DNA of 64,000 nt from Verrucomicrobia bacterium CG1_02_43_26. GTDB lineage: Bacteria > Verrucomicrobiota > Verrucomicrobiia > Opitutales > CG1-02-43-26. The stretch is taken from positions 32,364-96,363 of the forward strand of contig MNWT01000004.1 in assembly GCA_001872735.1 (NCBI GenBank), read 5' to 3'. Below, in pieces: positions 1 to 10,026 of the stretch (the first letter of the stretch is position 1; each line of letters starts with the position of its first letter). The position numbers were made by a program, and so were the translations under genes. The notes below the pieces were generated by a model that saw only the letters and a program-made list of their open reading frames with translations, did no database searches and was not told the origin of the DNA.

Positions 1-109
1 CGAGCTGATCACGTAAGGGCACTTCAGGCTTAACATCGCTCAAATCTTCATCTGGAGCGATTTCTGAGATAATATCGAGTACTATTTGTTTGACTTGTTC
101 GTATGTCAT
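1..109 (-). CDS. acyl carrier protein, N-terminal part only (gene runs off the left edge)
   Basis: My own minus-strand translation from the ATG at 109-107 gives MTYEQVKQIVLDIISEIAPDEDLSDVKPEVPLRDQL... This resembles the helix I/loop region that precedes the DSL/DSM serine motif of ACPs. It lies 24 nt downstream of a KAS gene on the same strand. It is absent from the ORF track because it is truncated. Confidence 0.55.
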   Translation of the reverse strand, partial: MTYEQVKQIVLDIISEIAPDEDLSDVKPEVPLRDQL

Positions 110-133
110 GAAAAAACAGGATTTTTTTAAATG

Positions 134-1372
134 TTACGCAGAATATTTTTTTATTATTAAAACGGAATTTATACCCAGCATGCCAAAGGAGTTATTTAGT
201 ATCGTCTTCACTTCCGGCAATTTGCGTGGTTCGTTGATAACAAGGTTAGGCATTTCGCACTTGGGGTCAAGCTTATCTACATTTATTGTTGGATGGACTA
301 AATTATCTTTAAAAGCGGGTATATTTCCGGCTAACTCCAAAGCACCGGCTGCTCCCATAGCATGCCCGATAAAGCTCTTTGTATTATTAATATAAGTATG
401 CGGAGAATCTTTAAAAACGGCGCGAATGGCCTCACATTCTTGCTCATCACCTTGAGGCGTGGATGTCGCGTGCGTATTGACGATATCGATGTCTGATGGC
501 TTCATATTGGCCTGCTTCAGCGCTTTTTGCATACACTCCGCCTGGCGTTTTGGATAAGGAAGCACCGCATCTTGGGCGTCCGAATTCATGCAATAACCTG
601 CGATTTCTGCAATGATATTGGCTCCCCTGGCAAGTGCGGTTTCCAAACGCTCAATAAAATAGATACACCCACCTTCGCTGACAACAATGCCATTGCGATC
701 CATATCAAACGGGCGGCTGGCTTTATTCGGAGTTTCGTGCTCGGCAAGAGCACCTTGGCTCTTAAACCCTGCAAAAATACCAAAGGTCTGGCAACTTTCA
801 CTGACTCCCCCAGCAAGCGCGTAATCCACTTCTCTTAAGCGCAGCATTTGGGCGGCTTGTATTAAGCCTGCGTTTCCTGCGGCACAAGCAGCACCAATAG
901 TGTAGTGTGGGCCGGTAATATTTAAATTGATGGTGACTTCCCCGGCTGGGTTATTGGCTACTGTTCGTGGGTTATGATGGTGCGTCCAGTACTTGGTGTC
1001 ATAGTCAAATTTCGAGATATTATAGACCTCGTTTTCAGTCTCTACGTTCCCATGCTCCGTGATTCCTAAATATACCCCTACTCGGTCTCTGTCTACTGCT
1101 TCCCAGTTTATCGCGGAATCTTTTACGGCTTCATGCGCACAGTAAATAGCAATGCTACCGGCTCGAGTACCATTACGCACTTCTTTGCGTTTCTGATAAA
1201 TAAAAGGGTCAAAATCACAAACACCCGCAAGCACAGGACCTATATAACGCATATCAATACGCTGAATATTAGGCTGTCCTGTAAGAAGCGCTTGGCGGAA
1301 ATCAGCCAAGGTATTGCCATTAGGAGCCGTTAACCCTATGCCCGTAATGACTATGCGATCATTGTGATTCAT
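134..1372 (-). CDS. beta-ketoacyl-ACP synthase (KAS I/II family)
   Basis: The ORF is 134..1438; the likely start is MNHNDRIVITGIG at 1372. It has the active-site Cys in GPHYTIGAACAAGN, the catalytic His residues in NTHATSTPQGD and GHAMGAAG, and the C-terminal NSFGMLGINS. Confidence 0.88.
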   Translation of the reverse strand: MNHNDRIVITGIGLTAPNGNTLADFRQALLTGQPNIQRIDMRYIGPVLAGVCDFDPFIYQKRKEVRNGTRAGSIAIYCAHEAVKDSAINWEAVDRDRVGVYLGITEHGNVETENEVYNISKFDYDTKYWTHHHNPRTVANNPAGEVTINLNITGPHYTIGAACAAGNAGLIQAAQMLRLREVDYALAGGVSESCQTFGIFAGFKSQGALAEHETPNKASRPFDMDRNGIVVSEGGCIYFIERLETALARGANIIAEIAGYCMNSDAQDAVLPYPKRQAECMQKALKQANMKPSDIDIVNTHATSTPQGDEQECEAIRAVFKDSPHTYINNTKSFIGHAMGAAGALELAGNIPAFKDNLVHPTINVDKLDPKCEMPNLVINEPRKLPEVKTILNNSFGMLGINSVLIIKKYSA

Positions 1373-1442
1373 AAACAATTTTAAAACGTGAATATTATCG
1401 ACATATAGAGAGTTTTTGAAGCATAAAATGAAAAACAACCTT

Positions 1443-3596
1443 CTATTCTTCTCCGGAGGACAAATAGTCCTTATATCGTTCTTTCCAATCCTTGAGCTTT
1501 TTCAGGTAATAAGTAGGATCATACGGGAGCGTTTCTTTATTAAAATCCTTTACAGAATAGGCTCTCTGCCAATCCGGCTGGCGGGCTTTTTCTCCTTTTG
1601 CAATAAAATAGGCTACCCTGTCTCCCATTCTCGGCATGGGGGTCATTCTAAGCGCCACTTCAAGGGATGCTCTTCGGGGCTTTTTACCCATATCAATTGA
1701 TTTCGCATACGTTTCAGGGTTTTGGCTAAGGCGTTCTCGTTTAGCTAGCAGCATAACATCCATCGTCCCTGATTCTATTTTTCGGGTAAATTCTTCTAAT
1801 AATACTTCGGGTGATACTTCAGACACGCCTAGCTTATAATGGATCAGGCAATTGGTGAGCTCTTTCAAAAAGGGCTCCATTCCTCGAGAGCGTAATGCGG
1901 ATCCTTTTACGATAACGTACTCGCCGTTAAAGAGGGCATAATTCTTGGCTTTATAACAAAACATGGCTGGGTAAGAGCCCGCGTATTCTAGGTCTATGCC
2001 TTCGGGGAGAATAGTGGTCACCAGATCATGCAGCACCATAGGATTGCCCGAATACTCTTGGGCAAACACATACAACCCATCGGTATCAGCTTCCAATACG
2101 GTTGCGCCTCGTCTTTGAAATTCTTCAATCAGGGCGTGCAGCAAATCTCGCCCTTTAGCGGTAAGCTCCGCGGCAAGATCGCTATCCGCAAATCGAGCCC
2201 CATCAAACCCTAGGTAACCGTAAAAGGAATTGATCAATATCTTGAAACTGGCCTGTCTTGCTTCATACTCCTTGCGTAGCACGGGATCTTTTTCTTCATG
2301 CGCTTTCTTTTTATACTCTAAACGATATGCCCGCAATTCTTTAAGGAGCGGGATAAAGATGCCCAAATGATCATTCTTTGGGTTACGGTTCATTTGAATC
2401 AGGAGGCTTGGATAAAGGGAGGCAACGTCAAAATAAAAGACGTTTTTAAAAACTCCCGAGGCAAAGCTTTTGGTATACCCGCCTTCAATCGGGCGCACAG
2501 GAGTGCGATCGGGCAATGCCCAGCGGCCATGATAATATTTTTCAAGTAAAAGTAATTCCACTTTTGTGCCAGTCCCCCTCAATGACGCTTCTTGTAGGGT
2601 AATGGGAAAGTTTTGGGCTTGGGCAAAATAAGTCGGCAAGAGCAAATCAGCAACTCCCTTCGTTTCTCGTAAATCATCCCCTAAATAAGCGAGAAACTGT
2701 GCCCTGTCTTCTTTAAATTGTACCTGTATGCTATTGCCATCAATGTAAGTACGATTATCGGAACTAGAGATACCTAAATGAACGGCTATATTCTTAAGGG
2801 AGTAGGATTCCATCTCACGTTCAGTGAGGTCGTAAATCTGGATCATCAAATAGGTATCAAAAACGGCTCGCCCTGGAATATCACACCGTGGAAAATCAAT
2901 CCAACGTTCAGCAATGCGTATTCGACTATTGCGGAAAATAGCTTCTTGCTGCCCAAAGCGCCCCCATGCACAGGGAATTTTTAGCCGCTTACACCGAATG
3001 CGTAGGTAATCCAAATCAAAACGAAAGCAATTGTGCCCTTCCATCACATCAGGATCGAGTTCCTGGAGCAATTGATTAAAGGCAAGCAAGAGATCTCGTT
3101 CCGCCACATCCGTATAATCTTCCAATACCAGGTAATGCGTTTTTTCACCAAACAATAGGCCAATAGCGAGCACACGATCGTCTTTCTTGCGGGCATCACT
3201 AAACCCGCCGGAAGAGGCTGTCTCGATATCAAACTGGCAGCGGCGCAGTTCCGTAAAGCGCATATCGTGGTATAAACGATATCCATTTTGCAAAAGGTAC
3301 TGGTTCTCTAAATTGCGAATAACTTCGTAGCAATCCTTATCCAGTCTAGCTGCCAATAGATTGTTATAATCCGCAATTTTGTCAAAATGAGCCATACGGC
3401 TCAATCTCCCCTTTCCCGGAAGCTCTTCTAGGTTAACACCTTCACCCGCTCCTCGAGCCAGCCAGGCAAAGGGCTGAAATTTATTTTCGCCTTCAATACG
3501 CGCGTTTCCATCAGACTGGCTAGAGACATGCGCGGTACCCGAAGAATCTATCCAGATGCCACAAAGAGAATGTGATGGAGGAGCAATAATGGTCAT
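1443..3596 (-). CDS. polB: family B DNA polymerase (Pol II-like)
   Basis: Motifs present: FDIET (Exo I), HNCFRFDLDYL (Exo II), DVASLYPS (motif A), KILINSFYGYLG (motif B), EADTDGLYV (motif C) and KAKNYALF (KxY). Confidence 0.9.
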   Translation of the reverse strand: MTIIAPPSHSLCGIWIDSSGTAHVSSQSDGNARIEGENKFQPFAWLARGAGEGVNLEELPGKGRLSRMAHFDKIADYNNLLAARLDKDCYEVIRNLENQYLLQNGYRLYHDMRFTELRRCQFDIETASSGGFSDARKKDDRVLAIGLLFGEKTHYLVLEDYTDVAERDLLLAFNQLLQELDPDVMEGHNCFRFDLDYLRIRCKRLKIPCAWGRFGQQEAIFRNSRIRIAERWIDFPRCDIPGRAVFDTYLMIQIYDLTEREMESYSLKNIAVHLGISSSDNRTYIDGNSIQVQFKEDRAQFLAYLGDDLRETKGVADLLLPTYFAQAQNFPITLQEASLRGTGTKVELLLLEKYYHGRWALPDRTPVRPIEGGYTKSFASGVFKNVFYFDVASLYPSLLIQMNRNPKNDHLGIFIPLLKELRAYRLEYKKKAHEEKDPVLRKEYEARQASFKILINSFYGYLGFDGARFADSDLAAELTAKGRDLLHALIEEFQRRGATVLEADTDGLYVFAQEYSGNPMVLHDLVTTILPEGIDLEYAGSYPAMFCYKAKNYALFNGEYVIVKGSALRSRGMEPFLKELTNCLIHYKLGVSEVSPEVLLEEFTRKIESGTMDVMLLAKRERLSQNPETYAKSIDMGKKPRRASLEVALRMTPMPRMGDRVAYFIAKGEKARQPDWQRAYSVKDFNKETLPYDPTYYLKKLKDWKERYKDYLSSGEE

Positions 3597-3823
3597 TGTA
3601 TTAATTGATAATAACGATCAAGAAGGCTATTATCTCAAACATTAAATGATTTTACAAGCTGTTCCCCGCTATCTATTTCGACTTAACCAGTGTGTATAAA
3701 TCGCGATATGCCCCTTCTCCACTACATACGCTTAAACTATAAATAGTGAAAGCGAAGCTTAATGAGAAAGCTCCGCATTTATGTCTTTAAAAAATATTAA
3801 CCCCATGATAATCTTCATTCTTC

Positions 3824-4483
3824 ATGATTGAAGTCGCTATGACAGATGAAGAACACCATCGCCAACAAAAACACATGCGAATCCGTAGGGTCAAAAAGTG
3901 GCTGCGATACATGCCCAGAAAGGCAACTGTCCACAAATACCCTTTTTTAAAGTGGTTCGCCGCTTCGGCTCGCAAACGCCATTACTTATGGTCATTTCGT
4001 TCGCAACAAGTTGTTCCAGCACTCTACGCGGGTTTTATATTAACGTTCATGCCCCTCTACGGCGTGCAAATTCCACTTGCCTTAACCCTAGCAATTGTTT
4101 TTAGGGCAAACTTGATGATCTTGGTCGCATTGCAGTTGATCAGCAACCCGGCTACCATTGTATTTTTATACCCAATTGCTTATTTCATAGGGGATGCTTG
4201 CATAAATCTGTTTACCGTCTTCGGGAAAGAGGGGCCGGAACTCATGCAGGATTCTTATACGGTAGAAACCGGCATTTTCCTCGGCACCCATGGTAAAAAA
4301 GCAATACGATACGTCATGGCTACCATGCTTGGCGGTATGGTCATGGGGTATTTCTCCGGCCTTATCTCAACCATTTTTTACCGCTATTTTTTAAAAAAGT
4401 GGCAGAAGACTCACCCGCATCCCGCTAAAGAAAAAGCGGACAATGCAAAGTCACCTGCAACTAACCCAGCAGAAAAAAAATAG
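3824..4483 (+). CDS. DUF2062-like membrane protein
   Basis: It has a basic N-terminus followed by several hydrophobic helices. The block RKATVHKYPFLKWF...VPALYAGFILTFMPLYGVQIPLAL resembles DUF2062. An alternative start is at 3839. Confidence 0.5.
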   Translation: MIEVAMTDEEHHRQQKHMRIRRVKKWLRYMPRKATVHKYPFLKWFAASARKRHYLWSFRSQQVVPALYAGFILTFMPLYGVQIPLALTLAIVFRANLMILVALQLISNPATIVFLYPIAYFIGDACINLFTVFGKEGPELMQDSYTVETGIFLGTHGKKAIRYVMATMLGGMVMGYFSGLISTIFYRYFLKKWQKTHPHPAKEKADNAKSPATNPAEKK

Positions 4484-4498
4484 ATACATCAATCCCTC

Positions 4499-5785
4499 AT
4501 GACATTCCGATTGCTCTCCAAAAACTTGCAATATTTCATTACCTCGCTTGTGTTTGCACTTATAACGCATGTTACGGTTGCACAAACCCAAACGGCTCAA
4601 GTGGAACTGGGCATCGATGTCCTGGAGCAAAACAAGTTTCAACTCCTCCAAGGAAAACGCGTTGGCCTACTCACCCACCCCGCGGGAGTAAATCGTCACG
4701 GAGTCAGCACCATAGAAGTTTTAAGGAAGAGTAAATACGTAAATTTGGTCGCCTTATTTGGCCCAGAGCATGGTATTTATGGAAATGAAGCGGCTAATAC
4801 TCCCGTAGAAAATCGTACGGATAAAAGAACTGGGCTGCCTGTCTATTCTCTCTATGGTCAATACAGAAAGCCCACACCGGAAATGCTCAAGGGGCTTGAT
4901 GTCATGGTGGTAGACTTGCAAGACTTGGGCGTACGTTCTTATACCTATATTAGTTGTTTACTCTATGTCATGGAAGCGTGCTTTGAACAGAATGTAGAGG
5001 TAGTCGTGCTCGATCGTCCCAACCCACTCGGAGGCCTTAAGGTAGACGGCCCTATGATGGAAAGGGAATGGATGAGTTATGTAGGCGCCTACAATATACC
5101 TTACGTCTACGGCCTCACCATTGGCGAACTGGCTCGCTGGGCAAAAAGCACTCCGGGTTCCACCATGCTACGCAAAGGGCTAGATCGAAAGGGCAAACTA
5201 CAAGTTGTCACTATGCGCAACTGGAAACGCAGTATGTTGTGGACTGATACTGGTCTGCCTTGGGTGCCCACATCTCCCAATATTCCTGATTTTGCTGCTG
5301 CCATCGGTTACTCTATAACCGGCTTAGGTTCCCAGATAGGTGGCTTTCAACATGGCATCGGCACAGATTATCCCTTTCGCTTATTATCTTACCCAGGAAA
5401 ATCATCCGATGACATTCTAAATGCCTTGCTGGATAGACAAATCGATGGGTTAGGCTTTAAGATTATTGAATATAAGGATCGTCGTGGAAAAATGAATACA
5501 GGTGTATATGTTTTAATCGATGATTGGCAAAAACTAAAGCCCACTGAACTCAGTTTCAATATGATGCAGCTCGCCTGTGAATGGAGCCTGGGGAACCCCT
5601 TTAAGGAAGCATCCAAAAATGATATTGAACTCTTCAATAAACACGTGGGTTCTTCTGCTTGGCTCACTGAGCTCAAAACACGTGGCGAGAGAGCTCGTGT
5701 AAAATATTTCGTAGAGAGATGGGCGCGCGACGCACGTAAGTTCCAAGCCCAAACAGAGCGTTTCTGGTTGTACCCTAAAAACTAG
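4499..5785 (+). CDS. DUF1343 family protein (NamZ-like exo-beta-N-acetylmuramidase), secreted
   Basis: It has an N-terminal signal-like segment. The conserved DUF1343 blocks GLLTHPAGVN, LFGPEHG, DLQDLGVRSYTY and VLDRPNPLGG are present. Confidence 0.75.
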   Translation: MTFRLLSKNLQYFITSLVFALITHVTVAQTQTAQVELGIDVLEQNKFQLLQGKRVGLLTHPAGVNRHGVSTIEVLRKSKYVNLVALFGPEHGIYGNEAANTPVENRTDKRTGLPVYSLYGQYRKPTPEMLKGLDVMVVDLQDLGVRSYTYISCLLYVMEACFEQNVEVVVLDRPNPLGGLKVDGPMMEREWMSYVGAYNIPYVYGLTIGELARWAKSTPGSTMLRKGLDRKGKLQVVTMRNWKRSMLWTDTGLPWVPTSPNIPDFAAAIGYSITGLGSQIGGFQHGIGTDYPFRLLSYPGKSSDDILNALLDRQIDGLGFKIIEYKDRRGKMNTGVYVLIDDWQKLKPTELSFNMMQLACEWSLGNPFKEASKNDIELFNKHVGSSAWLTELKTRGERARVKYFVERWARDARKFQAQTERFWLYPKN

Positions 5786-5795
5786 TATTAATTTA

Positions 5796-6785
5796 CTAAA
5801 CCAACGTTTCCGCTAAAATTCTTTCCGGAGAAAACGTATGTAACCTCGCAGTATACTGGTGTAGCTCGCCGTCAATTTTGATAGAATATTGCAGTTCGTG
5901 CTTTTCATGGCAATACTGCCAAGCAAACTCCTTGCGATCATCGGTATAATGCCAAATGCATTTCATGGATGCTTCATCTTCAGGAATATTTTCTATAGCA
6001 ATACTAAACCGCACTTGTTCCGCCACGTCTTCGGAGCAGTTTAATAAACAATTCTGCTGCCATTCTTGTATAGATTCCGCGTAAGGCGAGGAAGGCTCTA
6101 CGCAAGAAATATGAACGCTTTGAAGGGACTCGACAATCATTTCTGGTTTATACGTACTCAGCAATTGTCCAAGTGCTTGCCGAACCGTCAACAACCGGAA
6201 GCCGAGCAGGTCGCGCACATTTGTTTCTTTCTTCCAAGAAATGGTTTTAAAGCGCTTGTCTTCAATAGAAGAATCATAAACCACGTTACGACATTGCTGG
6301 GCAAATTTTGTAGCATGTTGCATCAGATATTCGCTGCACACGCGATGGATCCAGTAAGAGGTCGGTAAATCATTCTCCAACCAAAGGGAAATCTGCGTCA
6401 CTAAAACATCAAAGCGATTAGGGGTATAATCGATAATGATCGCATCACAGCAACACTTACTCCTAAAATCATCTCCAAGATAGCATTGCGCAAAGAGTTT
6501 TGCGACAGGGGTTTCCTGTTCATTTTGCTCTGGGCAAAGTACTATTATGCGGCTTGGCCTCATCTGGGCAAAATGAACCGCTGTCCAAAAACACTTCAAG
6601 GCATCTTCAGGATCCGTATCCTTGCCCAAGTGCAAAATCAGGTTCATCTGGCAGGCGTGAACAATTCCGTGATCCGATGGAAGAGAATCGTCATCCGCCG
6701 AACATTTCCACATATTAGACAATTCATCCGAGATGTCTTTAATCTTGGTCTCTATCCCGGGCATTATGTCAAATATTTCACTCAT
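5796..6785 (-). CDS. OpcA-like glucose-6-phosphate dehydrogenase assembly protein (tentative)
   Basis: It lies 24 nt downstream of zwf on the same strand. The N-terminal pattern IKDISDELSNMWK...ACQMNLILHLG resembles the OpcA N-terminal signature. The call rests mostly on position. Confidence 0.45.
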   Translation of the reverse strand: MSEIFDIMPGIETKIKDISDELSNMWKCSADDDSLPSDHGIVHACQMNLILHLGKDTDPEDALKCFWTAVHFAQMRPSRIIVLCPEQNEQETPVAKLFAQCYLGDDFRSKCCCDAIIIDYTPNRFDVLVTQISLWLENDLPTSYWIHRVCSEYLMQHATKFAQQCRNVVYDSSIEDKRFKTISWKKETNVRDLLGFRLLTVRQALGQLLSTYKPEMIVESLQSVHISCVEPSSPYAESIQEWQQNCLLNCSEDVAEQVRFSIAIENIPEDEASMKCIWHYTDDRKEFAWQYCHEKHELQYSIKIDGELHQYTARLHTFSPERILAETLV

Positions 6786-6809
6786 ACAAGTAAATCCAGG
6801 TTAAATAAA

Positions 6810-8360
6810 TTAGAAACCGGGAGAACGCCACTCATGTTTACTTTCCCACAGAAGCCGTTCCGCGGCAAGTGGCCCCCAAGAACCCGAAGGGTAATGCTGC
6901 AACCCTCGAGCTTCCATATCTTGCCAAAACTGGAGCACCGGAGTGAACAATTTCCAAGAAGCTTCTGTTTCATCACTACGGATAAAGAGCGTACCGTCCC
7001 CCATCATCGCATCGAGCAATAAACGCTCATAGGCCTCTGGTACATTCATCCCGAAGGTTGAGGAGTAACGAAAATACATCTTCACGGGCTGCGTGAGTGT
7101 TTCTAACCCTGGCACCTTGGAGTTTACCAAAAGCGTTGTTCCTTCATCAGGTTGTATTTGGATCACCATCGTATTCGATGCTAGGTGATAACGATTCGGG
7201 TCTGTAAAAAGGCTCCCGGGTGGGCGTCTAAAGCGTACCGCAATCTCGCTAATCCGCCTAGGCATACGCTTTCCGGATCTTATATAGAATGGTACTCCGT
7301 TCCATCGCCAATTATTGATATAAAGCCGAATAGCGGCGTACGTTTCCGTAAAAGATGCTTTATTGATCTGAGGTTCAGACAGATAACCCGGCACTTTTTG
7401 GCCGTCTACCAAGCCTTCCGAATACTGGCCTCGAATAACATCCCCACCTTCTACTTGGCAATTGATGGGTTGAATAGCTTTTAATAACTTAACTTTTTCA
7501 TTACGTATATCTTCCGGGCTAGTAGACACCGGGGGTTCCATGGCCACCAAACTCAATAGCTGCATGGCGTGATTTTGAATCATATCCCGAAGGGCACCGT
7601 TTTTATCATAGTAACCGGCTCTGGATCCTACCCCTAAAGCTTCCGCAACGGTGATTTGCACGCAGTCCACGTAGCGAAAATTCCAAATGGGCTCAAATAT
7701 CGAATTCGCAAAACGCTGCACGAGCAAGTCCTGTACGGTCTCTTTCCCTAAATAGTGGTCAATCCTGAAGACTTGTGATTCCTGAAAGTGGCAGCCGATC
7801 TTTTTATTCAGCTCCACCGCGGATTGCAAATCTCGTCCAAAGGGTTTTTCTATAACAACTTTAGATGCGCATGCCTTCCCGCGATGCCTTCCTGCTAAAC
7901 CGGATTCCCCCAGATTATCAATAATCGTCTGAAAAACACCGGGCGGTGTAGAAATATAGAACATCAACTGAGTATCGCGACCAACACTCTTTTCGATCTC
8001 TTCTACTTTGCCTTTAAGATGATAAAAGTTCTCAAGGTTGTCATACTGACCGGTAAAATAAAACGTATTTCTTTCAACACTTTCCCAAAGACTCGCGTTA
8101 TACGGGCGCCTGGAAAATTGGGAAAGATCGTTAGCGCTGTCTTTTCTAAATTGATCATCCGATATTTCTTTTCGTCCAAACCCGATTAAATAAAAGTCCG
8201 GTGGCAAAAAATTATCATGGGAAAGATTATAGATAGCTGGCAAAAGCTTACGCGCAGTCAAATCTCCGGACGCTCCGAAGATCACCAAAATGGTCGGGGG
8301 AATGGCGCCATACTTCCCTAAATCGTTCAAAAAAGGGTGTTTAGTAACAGGAGTATCCAT
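6810..8360 (-). CDS. zwf: glucose-6-phosphate 1-dehydrogenase
   Basis: GASGDLTARKLLPAIY (NADP-binding), EKPFG, and the active-site motif RIDHYLGKE. Confidence 0.95.
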   Translation of the reverse strand: MDTPVTKHPFLNDLGKYGAIPPTILVIFGASGDLTARKLLPAIYNLSHDNFLPPDFYLIGFGRKEISDDQFRKDSANDLSQFSRRPYNASLWESVERNTFYFTGQYDNLENFYHLKGKVEEIEKSVGRDTQLMFYISTPPGVFQTIIDNLGESGLAGRHRGKACASKVVIEKPFGRDLQSAVELNKKIGCHFQESQVFRIDHYLGKETVQDLLVQRFANSIFEPIWNFRYVDCVQITVAEALGVGSRAGYYDKNGALRDMIQNHAMQLLSLVAMEPPVSTSPEDIRNEKVKLLKAIQPINCQVEGGDVIRGQYSEGLVDGQKVPGYLSEPQINKASFTETYAAIRLYINNWRWNGVPFYIRSGKRMPRRISEIAVRFRRPPGSLFTDPNRYHLASNTMVIQIQPDEGTTLLVNSKVPGLETLTQPVKMYFRYSSTFGMNVPEAYERLLLDAMMGDGTLFIRSDETEASWKLFTPVLQFWQDMEARGLQHYPSGSWGPLAAERLLWESKHEWRSPGF

Positions 8361-8369
8361 AAAGGTGCT

Positions 8370-8813
8370 TTAGGCAAAGTGTTTCGGGAATAGTGGTACG
8401 TTCGTATAATGTATAACACGGTAGTCATAATTTTGGCAAAGCCTAACTTCCAATACATCAAAACGATAGTAACTATGCTTTTTTCGCTTTTTCCTCAGGT
8501 AAACCTTACAAACCTTTAATAACGCCTCTTTTTTCTTCGTGTTCACACTGTAATAACCGGGCACAAGCCCGCCTTCAGTCCTCGTTTTCACCTCAATAAA
8601 CACCAGTACGTCCTTATCTTTCGCGATAATATCGATTTCATTCTTCACTCGACCGGAGGGGTCAATCCAATTTCGCTCAAGTAATTTGAGTTTCTTATTC
8701 TTTTTTAGAAAATTTGCCGCAATCGCTTCGCCAAAAACGCCTACATCTTTACTGCTGAGTTTAACTTTAAAGACTTTTTTAATCCAATATGCCCAAAAAC
8801 AAAAAATGCTCAT
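8370..8813 (-). CDS. yraN: YraN/UPF0102 family endonuclease
   Basis: GEAIAANFLKK...EIDIIAKDKDVLVFIEVKTR is the D...E.K core typical of YraN. Confidence 0.8.
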   Translation of the reverse strand: MSIFCFWAYWIKKVFKVKLSSKDVGVFGEAIAANFLKKNKKLKLLERNWIDPSGRVKNEIDIIAKDKDVLVFIEVKTRTEGGLVPGYYSVNTKKKEALLKVCKVYLRKKRKKHSYYRFDVLEVRLCQNYDYRVIHYTNVPLFPKHFA

Positions 8814-8899
8814 TTATTTTACGTTAGCTTTTTTGGCCCTAGTTTCAAGTTTCTTAAAATATTTGTATTTTTATAAATTTTTGTGAAAAATAGTAAAAG

Positions 8900-9103
8900 A
8901 TGCCTTCAGAAAAAAAGGAAGAACCTCATAAAAAATTCCTGGGTGTGTACTTTGTCACCTGTGGTATCTATGGTCGTTTATACAAAAATGATGGAGTCAA
9001 TGCTTACATTGGCCGCTGCCCTAAATGCGGAAAACCTTTTCGTATCGGTATCCATGAGGCCAAGGGTACTGAACAGCGCTTCTTTAAAGCGCACTGCCGC
9101 TAA
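8900..9103 (+). CDS. small Cys-containing (zinc-ribbon-like) hypothetical protein
   Basis: This 67-aa ORF carries a CPKCG knuckle plus two more Cys residues (C21, C66). It lies in the gap between yraN and the HDOD genes. The competing ORF 8883..9368 runs antisense through the HDOD gene. Confidence 0.35.
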   Translation: MPSEKKEEPHKKFLGVYFVTCGIYGRLYKNDGVNAYIGRCPKCGKPFRIGIHEAKGTEQRFFKAHCR

Positions 9104-10023
9104 ATCATCCCGTTTAAAATATTCGGCAAACGGGCAATCGTATGTTTCAATGAGGCCACTCCATATTGCGCTTCTTCATCTTCTGTATCAAACAAGATCC
9201 CCCACCCGCTTAATTTATTCCAATCCCCTTCCACAACAGGGTCCAATTGCTCTATCCCATTCACGCCTACAGAGCGAACCATACAATCTGCCACTTGCAC
9301 CGCTGCCGCAAGCAAGGAATATTCCGGCGCCTGCTGAGGTTCCTGCTGAAAGCGCACTGCTTCGATGATATCCGGCGATACTTGGTGTCTCTTTAAATAA
9401 TACGCGCCGATCGCCGCATGATCCCATCCTAAAACCGTTCTTTCTTTCTGTATATACTCTTGGCTATTTTTTGCTTTAAAATTAACCAGGTTAATAAAGT
9501 GTTCAGGAAAAACATACGCCATCACAATTTTCCCAATGTTATGCACTAGCCCAATTAAGTAGTCGGTATCGTCATCGCAATGATAATTAGCAATGGACAA
9601 GATTTCTCGTGAAACAATCGCCGTACCAATGCTATGTCGCCATAGCATCTGCCAGTCGATGTCCTTAAATTTGCTCTGCAATGTATTTAATTCTTCAATA
9701 ATGGGAGTCGCTAGCGCAAGCTCGCGGACTTGTTTCAATCCTAGGTAAAAAATCGCGTCTTCTACATTGCTTACTTTTCTCGTTAACCCAAAAAATACAG
9801 AATTCACCATTTTTAACAAGCGCGCCGTTAATGTCGGATCCCTGCGAATAATTTCAGCAATCTGCGAGGTAACACTGTTCTCAGAACTTAAAAGATCTCC
9901 CAATGCTCTATTAATACTGCGTAACGAGGCTAATTTAGGGCAATCATCAATGCGCTCTTGTATCTCTTCAGAAGAAAGGGGTCTTGATACGTTTTGTGAA
10001 GGTAATGACATGGGAATATTCAT
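9100..10023 (-). CDS. HDOD domain protein
   Basis: IAEIIRRDPTLTARLLKMVNSVFFGL...VEDAIFYLGLKQVRELAL followed by LIGLVHNIGKIV is a typical HDOD signature. Confidence 0.8.
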   Translation of the reverse strand: MNIPMSLPSQNVSRPLSSEEIQERIDDCPKLASLRSINRALGDLLSSENSVTSQIAEIIRRDPTLTARLLKMVNSVFFGLTRKVSNVEDAIFYLGLKQVRELALATPIIEELNTLQSKFKDIDWQMLWRHSIGTAIVSREILSIANYHCDDDTDYLIGLVHNIGKIVMAYVFPEHFINLVNFKAKNSQEYIQKERTVLGWDHAAIGAYYLKRHQVSPDIIEAVRFQQEPQQAPEYSLLAAAVQVADCMVRSVGVNGIEQLDPVVEGDWNKLSGWGILFDTEDEEAQYGVASLKHTIARLPNILNGMI

Positions 10024-10026
10024 TGC

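Noticed and set aside
1443-3596. PolB as a marker of a self-replicating mobile element (pipolin- or casposon-like).
   Set aside because: The canonical KxY (KAKNYALF) and other Pol II-type motifs are present. There are no terminal repeats, integrase, Cas1 or tRNA junction nearby, and the flanking genes are housekeeping-like.
8883-9368. A 161-aa plus-strand ORF overlapping the HDOD gene.
   Set aside because: It runs antisense through a confidently called HDOD gene, and its translation is Pro/Ala/Ser-rich without features. I prefer the shorter 8900..9103 ORF, though only weakly.
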